From: Dendrobates tinctorius
Taxonomy: Eukaryota
Reading direction: 5' to 3'
Assembly (NCBI RefSeq): GCF_039654945.1
Contig: NW_027361896.1
Span: forward strand, 2,356,001-2,420,000
DNA length: 64,000 nucleotides
The notes beneath the pieces are model-generated. The model was not told the DNA's origin. It saw only the letters and a list, made by a program, of their open reading frames with translations, and did no database searches. The translations under genes were made by a program, and so were the position numbers. Of this stretch, positions 36,300-49,089 are shown piece by piece. Every line of letters starts with the position of its first letter. The first letter of the stretch is position 1.

Positions 36300-37926
36300 C
36301 GTTCATTATTCAGTACCGTGCCTGCCATTTTATTGCATAGTAGTTTTTGCATCCCCGTATTTTGAGTTATAATTTTTCCTTGTTTTTTTGCTGGACAAGC
36401 TGACGTTTTTACTGGTACTATTTTCGGGCACATGACATTTTTTGATAGCTTTTTATTCTGATTTTTGTGAGACCGAATGAACAAAAACCAGCAATTCAGG
36501 AATTGTTTTTTTTAATTATTTTTTTTTTTTTGTACCTTTCTGCGTGTGGTAAAATTGGGAAGGCAGCTTTATTCTTTGGGTCAGTATGATTACAGTGATA
36601 CTCAAATTTATATCTTTGTTTTGGCGCTTTTAAACAATACAACTATTTTTTATGGAAAAATATTATTTTTGTATCGCTTTATTCTGAGAGCTATAACTTT
36701 TTAAAAATTTTTTTTGCTGATTGTGATGTATGGCAGTATGTTTTATGTGGGACCAAACGACGTTTTCAGTGGTACATTTTTTTATTTACATTCTTTTTAA
36801 TCACATGTTGCACTTTTTGTTCGGCGGGATGATGAACATTGTTTTTTGCCTAATTTTTTATGGTATTCACTGAAGGGGTTAGCTAGTTGGACAGTTTTAT
36901 AGAACGGGTCGTTATGGACGAGATACCAAATATTTACTTTTATTATGTTTTTTATTTACATGTATTTGTTTCTTTCTTTGAGGATTTTAAAAAAATGTTT
37001 ACTTATTTTTTTTAACTTTCTAAGGCTAAATTCACATTAGCGTTTTTTGCGCAGCGCATCGTGCGCAATAGAAACGCATGCAAAAAACGCATCATGCGCT
37101 TTTGCATGCATTTGCGTTTTTTATGCGCATTCGTTCTCTAGGGGTTAAAACCAGTGTCTACACATTTTTACACCAAAAACGCAGACAAACGCATGTCCAT
37201 GTGCACGCCTGCCTTCCCATAGACTGTAATGTGTTATTTTGTCATATCCGGTACACAAGCGTGCGCATGCGTTTTTGACGCCTTTCGACGGACCCAAAAA
37301 TGCAGCAGGTTGGTCTGTTGCGCCTAGGCGCATACCTTGAAATAACGCATGCGCACGAAAACGCATACGAACGCGTGCAAGCGCAAGACCATGCGCACGC
37401 CGTGTTAAACATAAGTACGCATGTGCATGGACGCGCACGATGCGCTGCGCAAAAAAAACGCTAATGTGAAACCAGCCTTACTTTGTTACTTCCTATGGCA
37501 TCAGTGTATAGTGTTAGATCGCTGATCTGATACTCTGCACTGCAGAGAGTATCACATCAAGATCTGACAGGCAGGAAAGGCGGCATGCAAGCGCCTGCTC
37601 CCAGCAGGCGCTCACAAGCCCTGCAGGATGAGGAAAGACCTTGCAGCCATCTTCAGGCCGGGGTCTCCATGGAGACCATAATCCCTGCGTGATGCTTTTC
37701 TGTCGCTGTCACTACTGACAGCGGCATCATATGGGTGAATTGCCTGCGATCGGTGCAAGCACTGATTATGGGCTTTGCTGCAGGGTGTCTGCTCTCACAG
37801 AGAGCTGACACCTGCACCCGATCGCTGCAGCGCTCAGTGTGAGACCGCGCAACCGTGCCACCATACTTATACTGCTGTTTGTGGGAACGCAGAGCAGTAT
37901 ATGTACGGGGCATGTCGGCAAGGGGT
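36300..37926 (+). mobile_element. Right-hand fragment of a piggyBac-like element
   Basis: Similar to 13240-14530; ends in CAAGGGGT(A)AA. Confidence 0.6.
37024..37477. mobile_element. Harbinger/Tourist MITE
   Basis: GGCTAAATTCACATTAGCG and CGCTAATGTGAAACCAGCC; flanks TAA/TTA; same family as 55887. Confidence 0.9.
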
Positions 37927-39458
37927 AAAAAAAAATGAAAAATTCAGACTAAAATGATAAAATGACTGCTGTCCTCTTAATCATAGTGACCTGGACTTAT
38001 TGTCTGGTCATTTTATCACCTAATTACCGCCATATAAAACAAACACAAAAAGCAATGGCAGAATTGCAGTTTCAGTTTTAATCCCACTTTCTCTAGTCAC
38101 CTTCCACGACAGCCACCTTGGAGGTTGTCTCCCCGCCCTAATAGAGGACAGGAACACAAAGAGGTTAAATAACCCTCCCCTTCCTGCTACCTCCGTGTTT
38201 TTCCTGTCCCCTGTCGGGGCATGAAGAGGTCACAAGGGGCTGCCGTGGCCAGCGAACGAAGCCCCTATATACTTACAGAGCTGGGCAGCCGAGTTTTGGG
38301 GGTTCACCTCTCCTCCTCCATGCGCTGCTCCCGTCTCCACCGTGGTGTGACTCGGGACATGGCCGCCTTTCCCGCGCCCTCCAGGGTAAAGCGGGGCGGT
38401 ACGGTGCCTGCCGGGGTCCTGCACAGCTCCCCGGCTTCCTCCTTCCTCCAGCGCCACATTGGAGTCAGGGGCGCGCGTCAGAGGGGGCAGGCAGTCGACC
38501 GGAAGTGGCAGTGATGCGCACTTCCAGTTTGCGGCGTCCTAGGAAGGGGAAACGCGCGCCGGCTCCCGGGGAGACCCGGGAAATGATCACAATGGTGGCG
38601 GGGGTCGAGCATATCCTTCCCAGGGACCAGGGAGGAGCACCAGGAATGAACGCCCCAATCACCCTTAAAAGGGTGCAGCAGCTCCAGGTAAGCGCAGAGT
38701 GTGTGTGCAGAATGGACGTTGAGAAGCCCTTAACTGCAGCATCTGCGGAGCCCAGCGTTCCCCCTCCTACAGTGAGTAGTGGGGCCGGTCCCTTGCCTGT
38801 CAGACGAACTGGTGGCACAGGTCTGAGTAAGCTTTCTCTTCTCTTGCAGGAAGAAAAAGCCTCTGCTCCTAAAAACCCCCGCAAGTGTGGCATATGTGGT
38901 GCCAGGTTTCCTTCTGATTACAGAAAGAAGTTATGCCAGTCATGTACGCAAAATATACTGCGTACCGAGCAACCCTCCCTGTTTGACAACATAAAGACTC
39001 TCATTAGACAGGAGGTTCAGACCTCCATAGCAGCCCAAACACCGGCCCAGGGCCTTGCCCCAATGAAGAGGAGAAGAGCACCTATAGAAGCCGACTCAGA
39101 CTCAGGAGAGGTCCGTTCCTCGGGGTCGGAGGGGATTTGGGAAGATGAAGGCTCCACGTCCACCTCCAGTCATGATACAAAAAAAATACTATTTCTCCTC
39201 GGAGGATATGGAGGAGTTAGTTTCCATGGTTAGAAATACCATGGGATTGGAGGAGGAGGAGGAGGTTAGGCTCTCAGTCCAGGATGAGATGTTTGGAGGG
39301 TTGAAACCCAGAGTTAGAAAGGGTTTCCCGGTTCATGAGGTTATACAGGATTTAATAACTCAGAAGTGGTCCTCCCCCGAGAAAGCACTTCCGGTGCCCT
39401 CTGAGCTAAAAAATCGGTTTCCCCTAGAAGGAGAGAGTTCCATTTGGGAGATCCCTAA

Positions 39459-42400
39459 TGTAACGGGGTCTACCAAGCTGGGGTACCTCTTTCAGTACCA
39501 CCCAGTGTTTTCGGAGGTCCGCTCTGCGTTGGCTGGAGTCTGAATGAATGACGCTGGCTGGAATTCCTTGGTTACATGGGCGCATATAAAAGATCACTGC
39601 TTCTCCATGTATTTCCAGTCTGACAACACTTTACTCACAGGACACAGAATATATCACACAGAAACAGAGGGCCGGCCAATAGAAAAGCGGCAGGCCAGAC
39701 ATACATTGTTTACTGTGGGAATTACAAAGGTGGGGGGAGGGCGGACAAAAGGAGAATATCGTGTCCCCTCTGCCCGGGGGCGCAGCCTGTCAACTGATGC
39801 ATTAGGGACATGCATCTCACATGGAACCTATTATACATACATATAACTGCACAACATATTCTGGGTGCTAAGTGGTTCTGTAACACGGCTCCCCTTTTCA
39901 GCGACGCGATCGGCATACACAGTCTGATCCTCAACGGATCGGTTTGGGGAAGACCGAAGTTTATGGAGTTGGTACAAGTTCCATTTGTCGACTTAGTCCA
40001 TCGGCGTTACCATTTTGTTTGCCAGGTCTGTGGTGGATGGTGAAGTCCAGAGCTTGTAGGGCTAAACTCCACCGCAGAAATCTGGCGTTGTCTCCGGAGA
40101 CCCGATTAAGCCAGACTAGGGGATTATGGTCCGTTAGGAGGGAAAACTGTCGCCCATACAAATATGGTTGCAACTTCTTGAGTGCCCATACTACCGCCAG
40201 GCACTCCTTCTCGATGGCTGCATAGCTTACTTCATGGGGCAGTAGTTTCCGACTCAGGTAAGCTACCGGGTGTTCTTGGCCGTCCGGCCCGACTTGGCTC
40301 AGTACTGCCCCCAATCCAAACAGAAGCGTCTGTGTGAACAAGGCAACGTTTAGTTGGATCGGGTGCGGCCAATACAGGGGTATTGGTGAGGGCGTCCTTT
40401 AGTTGGCGGAAGACTTCCTCACACTCTGAGGTCCAGGTTACCTGGCGGGGTTGGTTCTTACGGGTCAGATCAGTGAGGGGCTTGGCTACGCTTCTGTAAT
40501 TGGGAACGAATTTCCTGTAATACCCCGCTGTCCCTAGAAACGCCATGACCTGGGTTTTAGTGCATGGGATGGGCCACTTGGCTATGGCCTCAATCTTGGC
40601 TGGTTCTGGTCGCTGTTTCCCACTTCCCACCCAATGACCTAAATACTGAACCTCTGCTTTGCCCACGTGACACTTGTTTGGGTTCAGGGTGATTCCGGCC
40701 TGGTGGATCCTGTCCAATACTGTCTCTAGGTGATTTAGATGCTCTTCCCATGTCGCACTGTAGATGGCGATGTCATCCAGGTAGGCACAAGCATAGTCCT
40801 GGAGACCATCCAGAAGCCAGTCAGCCAGCCTTTGGAAGGTCGCCGGGGCATTCTTCATCCCGAATGGCATAACTCGAAACTGTAATAAGCTGAACGGGGT
40901 GACAAATGCCGACTTGGGAATAGCGTCAGGACTAAGGGGAATCTGCCAGTAGCCTTTGCATAGATCGATGGTGGTCAAATACTTTGCCGCCGCCAGCCGG
41001 TCTAACAACTCATCCACACACGGCATGGGGTATGCATCAGTCACTGTTTTCTCATTGAGCCTACGATAGTCTACACAAAACCGTGTAGTCCCATCCTTCT
41101 TGGGCACTAACACTACGGGGGGATGCCCAGGGACTATCTGACTCTTCAATGACCCCTAAACGCAGCATCTTTTGTATCTCTTGTCGCATCCCCTCTCGTA
41201 CAGACTCAGGGACGCGGAAGGGGTTTTGTCGCAGGGGGGGTCTGATCCTTTGTCTCAACCTTGTGTTGTGCCAAGCGAGTGTACCCTGGTCTCCCCCGAA
41301 AACATCCTCTGTCGCTGCCTCAACAACTCCTCCGCCTGCTGTCTCTCCCGGGAGCCTAGGTCTTCACCCAAGTGTACCTGGTCCCATGTTTTAGACTGAG
41401 TCCTTTCCCCTAAGACATCCGGCAAGGGAAGTCCGGCTAAATCCTCTGCTTCAGGTGCACAGATGGCCACTACCTCTTCAGGGCGCTCCCGGTAGGGCTT
41501 CAGCATATTCACGTGGAACATGCGGATAACCCTGGGGTCGTCACAATTGGCGACATTATAGGTTGTGTCGGCTATTTTCCCCACTACCTGGTAGGGCCCC
41601 TGCCGTGCAGCTTGAAACTTATTCTGCTTAGTGGGCTCTAACACCAGGACCTTCTGTCCTATTTCCAAAGTGCGCTCTCTGGCCCTCTGATTGTACCATA
41701 TGCGCTGGCGCCGCTGGGTCGCCTGCATGTTCTCACATACAGCCTGAGTCAGCTCCTGTAGGCGGTCCCGGAATTCCAGCACATAGGGTACAATAGGTAC
41801 CCATTCTATGAGGCCATCCCCTTCCTAGTGTTCCAGCACTAAGTCTAGGGGTCCCCTTACCCGTCTCCCGTATACCAGCTTGAACGGGGTGAACCCCGTG
41901 GATTCTTGGGGCACCTCCCGATAGGCAAAGAGGAGGTGTGGCAAGAATTTCTCCCAGTCCCTGTATGTCCTGGTAAAAGTTCCAGTGAGATGTTTTAATG
42001 TCCCATTAAAGCGTTCACACAACCCATTGGTTTGCGGGTGGTACGGGGCGCTTCTAATGGACTTTACGACGCACAGCTTCCACGGTTGGTTGGTCACCTC
42101 TGCTGTAAACTGGGTACCCTGGTCCGAGATAATCTCCCGGGGAAATTCAACCCGTGAGAACACCTGGAGCAGGGCGGCCGCCACCGTCTCTGCCAGTATG
42201 TTAGCTAATGCAACCGCCTCTGGATACAGTGTGGCATAATCTACCACTGTCAATATATACTTTTTCCCTGAAGGACTGCGTTTGGCTAACGGCCCTATCA
42301 GATCGACCGCTACTCGGCTAAATGTTTCCTCCACAATGGGGAGGGGGCGTAATTTGGCCTTGCATCGATCCCCCCTCCTGCCAATGCGCTGGCAACTGTC

Positions 42401-44956
42401 ACAGATCTGGCAGTACTGACGAACATCATAGGTTACCCCCGGCCAAAAGAAGTTTTGTGTCAGACGATGCCAGGTGCGACTGACGCCTAAGTGCCCGGCT
42501 AAGAGTTTGTCATGAGAGATTCGCAGTAGCTCCTGCCTATACGTCTTGGGAACTACCAGCTGTCGTTTTATAGTGGGGCTCGTCCCTGTGTGGTGCTGCT
42601 CTGTGATCCGGTAGAGGAGTCCCTGCTTCCATACAAACTGTTCCCCTTCCAGTACCCTTCTCCCCTCCTGTGCCTGCCCACGATATCCCTCTAATGAAGG
42701 ATCCTCAAGTAACTCCCTCTTAAATTCATCTGGGGTGGCCCAAGAAATGTGTCTGGCTATGGGATTACGTGTAGGGCTGGGATGTCTTACCTGGGCCTCC
42801 TCTGTGTGATTCCGCCACCGCAGCTCGAGCTTGTCTCCGGGTGGTCACAGGATATGTCTCAGCCAGAGGGGCCACCGAGAATGCAGACAACATGGGCCCC
42901 AAGTCATTTCCCAGCAAGACGTCTGCAGGCAAATCCTCCATCAAGCTGACCTCAACAAGACCATCCCCGACTCCCCAGTTCAGGTGAATCCTGGCAATGG
43001 GCAGTCGATGTATGGCTCCCCCTGCTACACGGACTGCCACTGTCCGGTCCGTCTTCTCTTGGTCCCGGACGAGATGAGGCTTCACAAGGGTCAAAGTTGC
43101 TCCGGAATCTCTTAGTCCCTGCATACGTTTCCCATTAACCCACACGACCTGTCGATGCTGTTGTCGATTATCTGCCCGGGCTGCCTGCACGGGGTCTACT
43201 TCATGCAGCACTTCCTCCATCTCTTCCACCCCTTGGATATTCGTAGCCCCCAATGCCGGGTCAGCTTCGCCTTTGTAGCAGTGTACAGCAGCCCGGCTGA
43301 AGGTAGCTGTTCCCGCCTTTTGCCACTGGGTATGCTGAGTCCGATTGGGGCATTGTCTTTGCAGGTGGCCCAGCTGACGGCAGGTGTGGCATCGTGTCCC
43401 AGGGGGACTGTGGTAGGCCGGGTTTCTAGCTGGTCCCCCTACAATCTTCGGTGGTTTGGGGCCCTCCAGGTCCATGGGCGGGCCCCTAGTGACCATCTTT
43501 GATCCGGACAGCTGCGGCCTCCTGGCATCATGATGTTCATCGGCCAGACGAGCGGCTTCCTCAAGAGTTGCTGGCCGCCTGTCCATTCCTGTGTCTCGGG
43601 GGTTAGTCCATTAAAGAAGCATTCTAACAGTTAGAGCTGGAGGACGTCCTCCTTAGTGGTTGCTTGGCTCCCTTGTACCCACTGTAGCAGTGACCACTGT
43701 AATTTACAGGCCCATTCAGTGTGGGTATCGGTTACGCGTTTTATAAGTCTGCGGAACTTTTGGCGGTAGGCCTCTGGTGTCAGCGCATACCGGGCCAAGA
43801 TCACTTCTTTGATCCGCTCATAGTCCATACAGTCCTCATCAGGAACCGTGCGATAGGCGTCCGCTGCCCAGCCTGTCAGCTTGCTGGCCAGAATCTGAAC
43901 CCGTTTCTCCGACTTCACTTGATGAAGGGCACACTGACGCTCAAAGTCCTGCAGAAAGCCATCAATGTCTTCCTCTGCCTCCCCGAACTGTCGGAAAGCA
44001 TTATACTAGATCTTTTTGTGGCTTGCTGTTGAAAGTACCTGGTCGAAGGCCAGAGCTTACCCTGCTCGCTCACTCTCCTCTCTCCGCTCTGCCATCTCCA
44101 TCTTGGCCAGCTCCACTTTGGTCCGCTCTGCCATCTCCATCTTGGCTAGCTCTATCCTGGTCCGCTCGGCCATCTTTTCCTTCAGATCAGTACGCACATC
44201 AGCCATCACTTCTCGTATGATCTCTACCACAGGGTTTGGGCCATAGAATGCCAGTCTGTTCTTTACCTCCCTCTGGATTTCGGTCTCCTCCACGTTCACA
44301 TTGGAGGGCGCTGCACTGTCGTGTTCCATGATGGCTGCTATCAAATCCGCTTTTGTTTTGTTGCTGGCGATCAACCCTCGGGCTTCCACCAGATCTTTTA
44401 ATGTAGTCCTCTTTAACTTCTGGTAGTTGTTTTCCATTCATTCCTTTCCTCCTGTAGAAGGGGTATCATATCCCGCCGCTGCCACCAGTGCAACGGGGTC
44501 TACCCAAGCTTAGGGTACCTCTTTCAGTACCACCCCGTGTTTTCGAAGGTCCGCTCTGCGTTGGCTGGAGTCTGAATGAATGACGCTGGCTGGAATTCCT
44601 TGGTTACATGGGCGCATATAAAAGATCTCTGCTTCTCCATGTATTTCCAGTCTGACAACACTTTACTCACAGGACACAGAATATATCACACAGATACAGA
44701 GGGCCGGCCAATAGAAAAGTGGCAGGCCAGACATACATTACAAAAGCCGCAGGTGGCCGGAGCCTGCCGATGTTTACTGTGGGAATTACGAAGGTGGGGG
44801 GAGGGTGGACAAAAGGAGAATATCGTGTCCCCTCTGCCCAGTGGCGCAGCCTGTGAACTGATGCTTTAGGGACATGCATCTCACATGGAACATATTATAC
44901 ATACATATAACTGCACAACATATTCTGGGTGCTGAATGGTTCTGTAACACGTAACA
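39459..44956 (-). mobile_element. Complete Gmr1-type Gypsy LTR retrotransposon (gag-PR-IN-RT-RH), degenerate
   Basis: LTRs at 39459-39885 and 44489-44949; TSD CCTAA; PPT at 39886-39898. CCHC knuckle and DSGA protease. Integrase (41825..42334) lies upstream of RT (40232..41149, YLDD) and RNase H (39961..40341). Confidence 0.93.
44470..44487 (-). promoter_or_regulatory. Primer-binding site, probably tRNA-Leu
   Basis: TGGTGGCAGCGGCGGGAT, 1 nt inside the 5' LTR boundary; matches my recollection of the complement of the tRNA-Leu 3' end. Confidence 0.75.
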
Positions 44957-45613
44957 CCTAAGATAGACATCCAAGTGTCTAAAGGCACTAAGAAGATGTC
45001 CTTGCCCTTTGAGGATGCCTCCCAATTGAAGGATCCGATGGATCGCAAAATAGAGAGCCATCTTATAAAGTCCTGGGAAGCCTCTACGAACCTGCTCAAA
45101 GCAAATATTGCATCCACCTGCGAAGCCAGATCATTGTTTTTCTGGCTACGTACGTTGGAAGACAACTTGTTGGGGGGCACTCCAAGGGAGGAAATCTTAG
45201 ACTCCCTGTCAATCCTCCAAAAGGCAACAGGCTATTTAGCTGACGCTTCGTTAGAAACGGTACTGGTGGCAGCAAGGTCCCTCGTCCTCTCAAACTCGGC
45301 CAGGAGAGCCTTGTGGCTGAAGTCATGGGGAGGCAACATCACTTCCAAAACGAAACTTTGTGCCATCCCCTTCCAGGGACACCGCGTGTTCGGGCCGGTC
45401 CTCGATGACATCTTTGAGAAGGCTTCTGACAAGAATAGGTCACTGCCGGAGCAGAAACCCACAAAAAGGCGTTTTTTTTGTCCCTCAAGGGAACAGACTT
45501 CTCAAAGGGTGTTCAGAGGGAAGGGCAAAACGGGTCGATGGAGCTACCCGAAAGGGGGTAAAGGAAGAAACATCCTCGTGCCCCAACAGCAGCAGCCCCC
45601 GGAAAAGCAGTGA

Positions 45614-47500
45614 CTCCCGGGTAGGGGGTCGACTCACACAGTTTTTCGCCCAATGGCAGGCTACAACCTCGAACCAGTGGGTCCTGCACACTATATACAA
45701 TTTGCGCTAAAACTGGAGTTCGAACACCCCCACCCCCCGCATGCCCTAAGGATTACCCCAGCGCATTCCCCAAGTCTGCGAAAAGTTCTGTGGCTTCAGT
45801 TAGAAGAACTGCTACGGGAACAAGTGGTCTCGCATGTACCTCCTCAGGAGGAGGGCAGGGGACATTATTTTCGCCTGTTCCTGATAAAAAAAAAAACCCT
45901 CATGAAAGCACAGGCTCATTATAAATCTAAAACCCCTGAACCACTTCATCAGGTACTATCGACTCAAGATGGAGTCAGTAAGATCAGCGATTCCTCTTAT
46001 TGGACGAGGCTGGCAGATGGAGACAATAGACCTAAGGGATGCGTATTACCACGTACCCATTCATCCGGACCACCGGAAGTTTCTGAAGTTTGCGGTCACC
46101 CACGACCGAGGAATCAGCTACCTTCAGTTCAGCGCCCTGCCGTTTGGGGTATCCCCAGCACCAAGGGTGTTCACGAAAATCATGAAAGAGGCAGTCATCT
46201 TCATTCGGCTTCAGGGGATATGCATTGTACCCTATCTGGACGATCTGCTTATCGTCGCCCCATCAATAAACCAGCTTAACCAGGGCGTATCAAGGACCCT
46301 ACAGATTCTCGAAACTCTAGGGTGGATACCAAATCTCCAGAAGTCAGCCCTCTGTCCTTCCCCGAGGAAAAAATTCCAGGGAATCCTCTTGGGTTCAAAG
46401 AACAGGACGTCCTTTCTTCCCGAAGATCGTCAAAAAGACCTTCGGCAGAAAATAATCCGTTTCAGAGACCAAAGGGCGCGACGCTGAGGGACGCCATGTC
46501 CATCCTGGGCTCTCTGACAGCGTGCATTCAGGCGGTGTCCTGGGCACAAGCTCACACGCGAGTCCTCCAGTTGTATGTCCTGACAAATATGAAAAAATAC
46601 CCAAACAACCTATCAAAAAGGGTTCCACTTCCAGGACATGTAAAATCGGCCCTCTGGTGATGGCTGAGCTACCGAAACCTGAGGCGAGGAGTATGCTGGG
46701 ATCAGCTTCCTCTAAAAATACTATGCACTGATGCCAGCCTGAGGGGCTGGGGAGCCGTAGTCGAAGATTCATACTTCCAGGGACAATGGCCCCAGAACAT
46801 AAAGGCTGGATCTTCAAACCTAAGGGAGCTGACGGCAGTGGAAGAATCACTGAAAGCCGCAGCAGCCCTTGTCAAGAACCATCATGTCCGGATATACTCC
46901 GACAATGTGACCACGGTGGCATATCTCAGGCATCAAGGGGGCACAAGGTAAGCCAGCCTAAAGAAAGTAGCAGCAAGGATCTTCCTTTGGGCAGAGAAGC
47001 ACCTGTTATCCATTTCCGCGGTACACCTGAACGGGTCGGAAAACATCCAGGCAGACTTCCTGAGCAGGAAAGACGTCCATCCAGGAGAATGGTGTCTGAA
47101 CCAATAGGTGTTCCAGGCTCTAGTCTCAAGATGGGGGGATCCAGAAGTAGACCTGTTCGCGAATGCACAAAATACAAAGGCTGCAACCTATTTCTCCCTC
47201 AGTCCCATGTACGGAGCCAGGGGGACAGATGCATTTGCCCTTCCATGCGTCTTCAGACTGGCCTACGCTTTCCCCCAATCCCGATGCTGGCAAAGACCCT
47301 ACAAAAGATCAGGGCAGACGGAGTCAAGACGACCCTGGTGGCTCCGATGTGGCCAGGACGAAGCTGGTACAGCGCTCTGTTGGACATGGCCCAGGAAGGT
47401 CCCTTGATATTACCCCATAAGACCGACCGACCTCTTTCAAGTTCCGTTGCTACACCCGGACCCAGCCAAGCTATCCCTAGCAGCCTGGTTATTGAGGCCA
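45614..47500 (+). pseudogene. DIRS1 RT/RNase H/methyltransferase-like ORF, frameshifted
   Basis: ORF pieces 45653..46279, 45969..46487, 46322..46660 and 47108..47407. Confidence 0.85.
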
Positions 47501-48524
47501 ACATTCCGAAGGCCAAAGGGTTATCGATCGGATGAGGTAATCCGGACCCTTCAAAAGAGTAGAAAGCCGATAACGAATGCAATCTACTGGAAAATATGGA
47601 AAAGATTTTCCTCCTGGTGTCTCCCGAAGGTCCCTGACCCCGCCCATCCAAATATTGCCCAAATACTAGACTTCCTACAGAAAGGGTTAGATCTAGGGCT
47701 TACTCCGAGTACGTTAAATGTACAGGTATCTGCCCTAAGTGCCTTTTTTGACCAAGACCTAGCCAAACACCGCTGGGTCAAGCGGTTCATGATAGCAGCA
47801 GGCAGGATTCGCCCTTCGCTCCCTAGCCGGTTTCCTCCCTGGGATCTTAATTTAGTACTTAATAGCCTAACACAGGCCACGTTTGAGCCCCTGTCAGAAG
47901 TTCCATTAAAAATACTCACACTCAAAACATTGTTTCTTGTGGCGATCACATCAGCTAGATAGGTGGGGGAGCTACAGGCCCTTTCAGTTCAAGGAACCTT
48001 ATCTCCTACTCAATTCAGATAGTTTAGTACTACGCCTAGACCCCTCCTTTATGCCCAAGGTGGTGTCAGACTTTCATAGAAGCCAGGATATCGTGTTGCC
48101 CTCATTCTGCCCAAATCCTTCTAACCCGAAGGAAGCTAAATTTCATTCCCTGGACGTTCGCAGGGTAGTTCTCCGTTACCTCGAAGCAACCAAGGATTGG
48201 AGAATTGATCAGAACCTGTTCCTTCAGTATTCAGGAAGAAATAAAGGGAAGATGGCGGCAAAGAACACGATAGCGGGCTGGATCAAGCAGTCCATCTCTC
48301 TGGCATACTCTGCAAGACATCTCTCTCCTCCGGAGTCGTTAAAGGCCCACTCCACTCGATCAGTCGCTACGTCCTGGGCAGCAAGGGGAAATACGTCTTC
48401 AGAACAGATATGCAGATTGGCCGCCTGGTCCTCTGTGCACACCTTTACTAGACCCTATAGACTGGATTTCAATAGGGATCTGACGTTCGGCAGACGCGTC
48501 TTGCAAGCCGTAGTCCCTCCCTAA
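47447..48524 (+). pseudogene. DIRS1 tyrosine recombinase, disrupted
   Basis: PWDLNLVL, LVAITSAR*, LDVRR, AHSTRSVATS, WSSVHTF..Y. Confidence 0.88.
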
Positions 48525-48544
48525 ATAAATTAGCGTTGGCTTGA

Positions 48545-48632
48545 CTCCAAGGTGGCTGTCGTGGAAGGTGACTAGAGAAAATAGAATTAGACTCACCGGT
48601 AATTCGGTTTCTAGGAACCTTCCACGACAGCA
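48545..48632 (+). repeat. DIRS1 internal complementary region (ICR)
   Basis: Reverse complement of the element's 5' end, joined to the reverse complement of its 3' end. Confidence 0.9.
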
Positions 48633-49089
48633 CTAATTTCCCTTCCTATATGATATATTTACCTGATGATTCCTGCTCTACTGGCAGTAACTATTCATGC
48701 TAGTATGTTCAGAAAAAACACTGAGGTAGCAGGAAGGGGAGGGTTATATAACCTCTTTGTGTTCCTGTCCCCTATTAGGGCGGGGAGACAACCTCCAAGG
48801 TGGCTGTCGTGGAAGGTTCCTAGAAACCGAATTACCGGTAAGTCTAATTCTATTTTTTTTCTGTTTTTTTTTCTTTCAGTAAATCATGGTAAATTAAATG
48901 GTGTCATTCAAACTTACAACTCATCCTTCAAAAAACAAGCTATCTTATAGGGCCAAGTGTGAGAAAAATGATTGTGGGAAGGGCATAAAAGTAAAGGTCA
49001 TTCAGGGGTTGAAGGAGGACAACTTCAATGAACAACATATGACTGCATAGCAGAAGGTGTTTAAGAGCTCAGTCCTTTCAAACTAATCT

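Larger units (their letters stand above)
38088..48855 (+). mobile_element. Complete DIRS1 retrotransposon (ITRs, ICR, gag, RT/RNase H/MT, YR), interrupted by a Gypsy element
   Basis: Left ITR TTTCTCTAGTCACCTTCCACGACAGC.. is inverted at about 48720-48855; ICR at 48545-48632. RT: IDLRDAY, LPFG, YLDD. MT: DLFA..YAFP. YR: AHSTRS. Confidence 0.95.
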
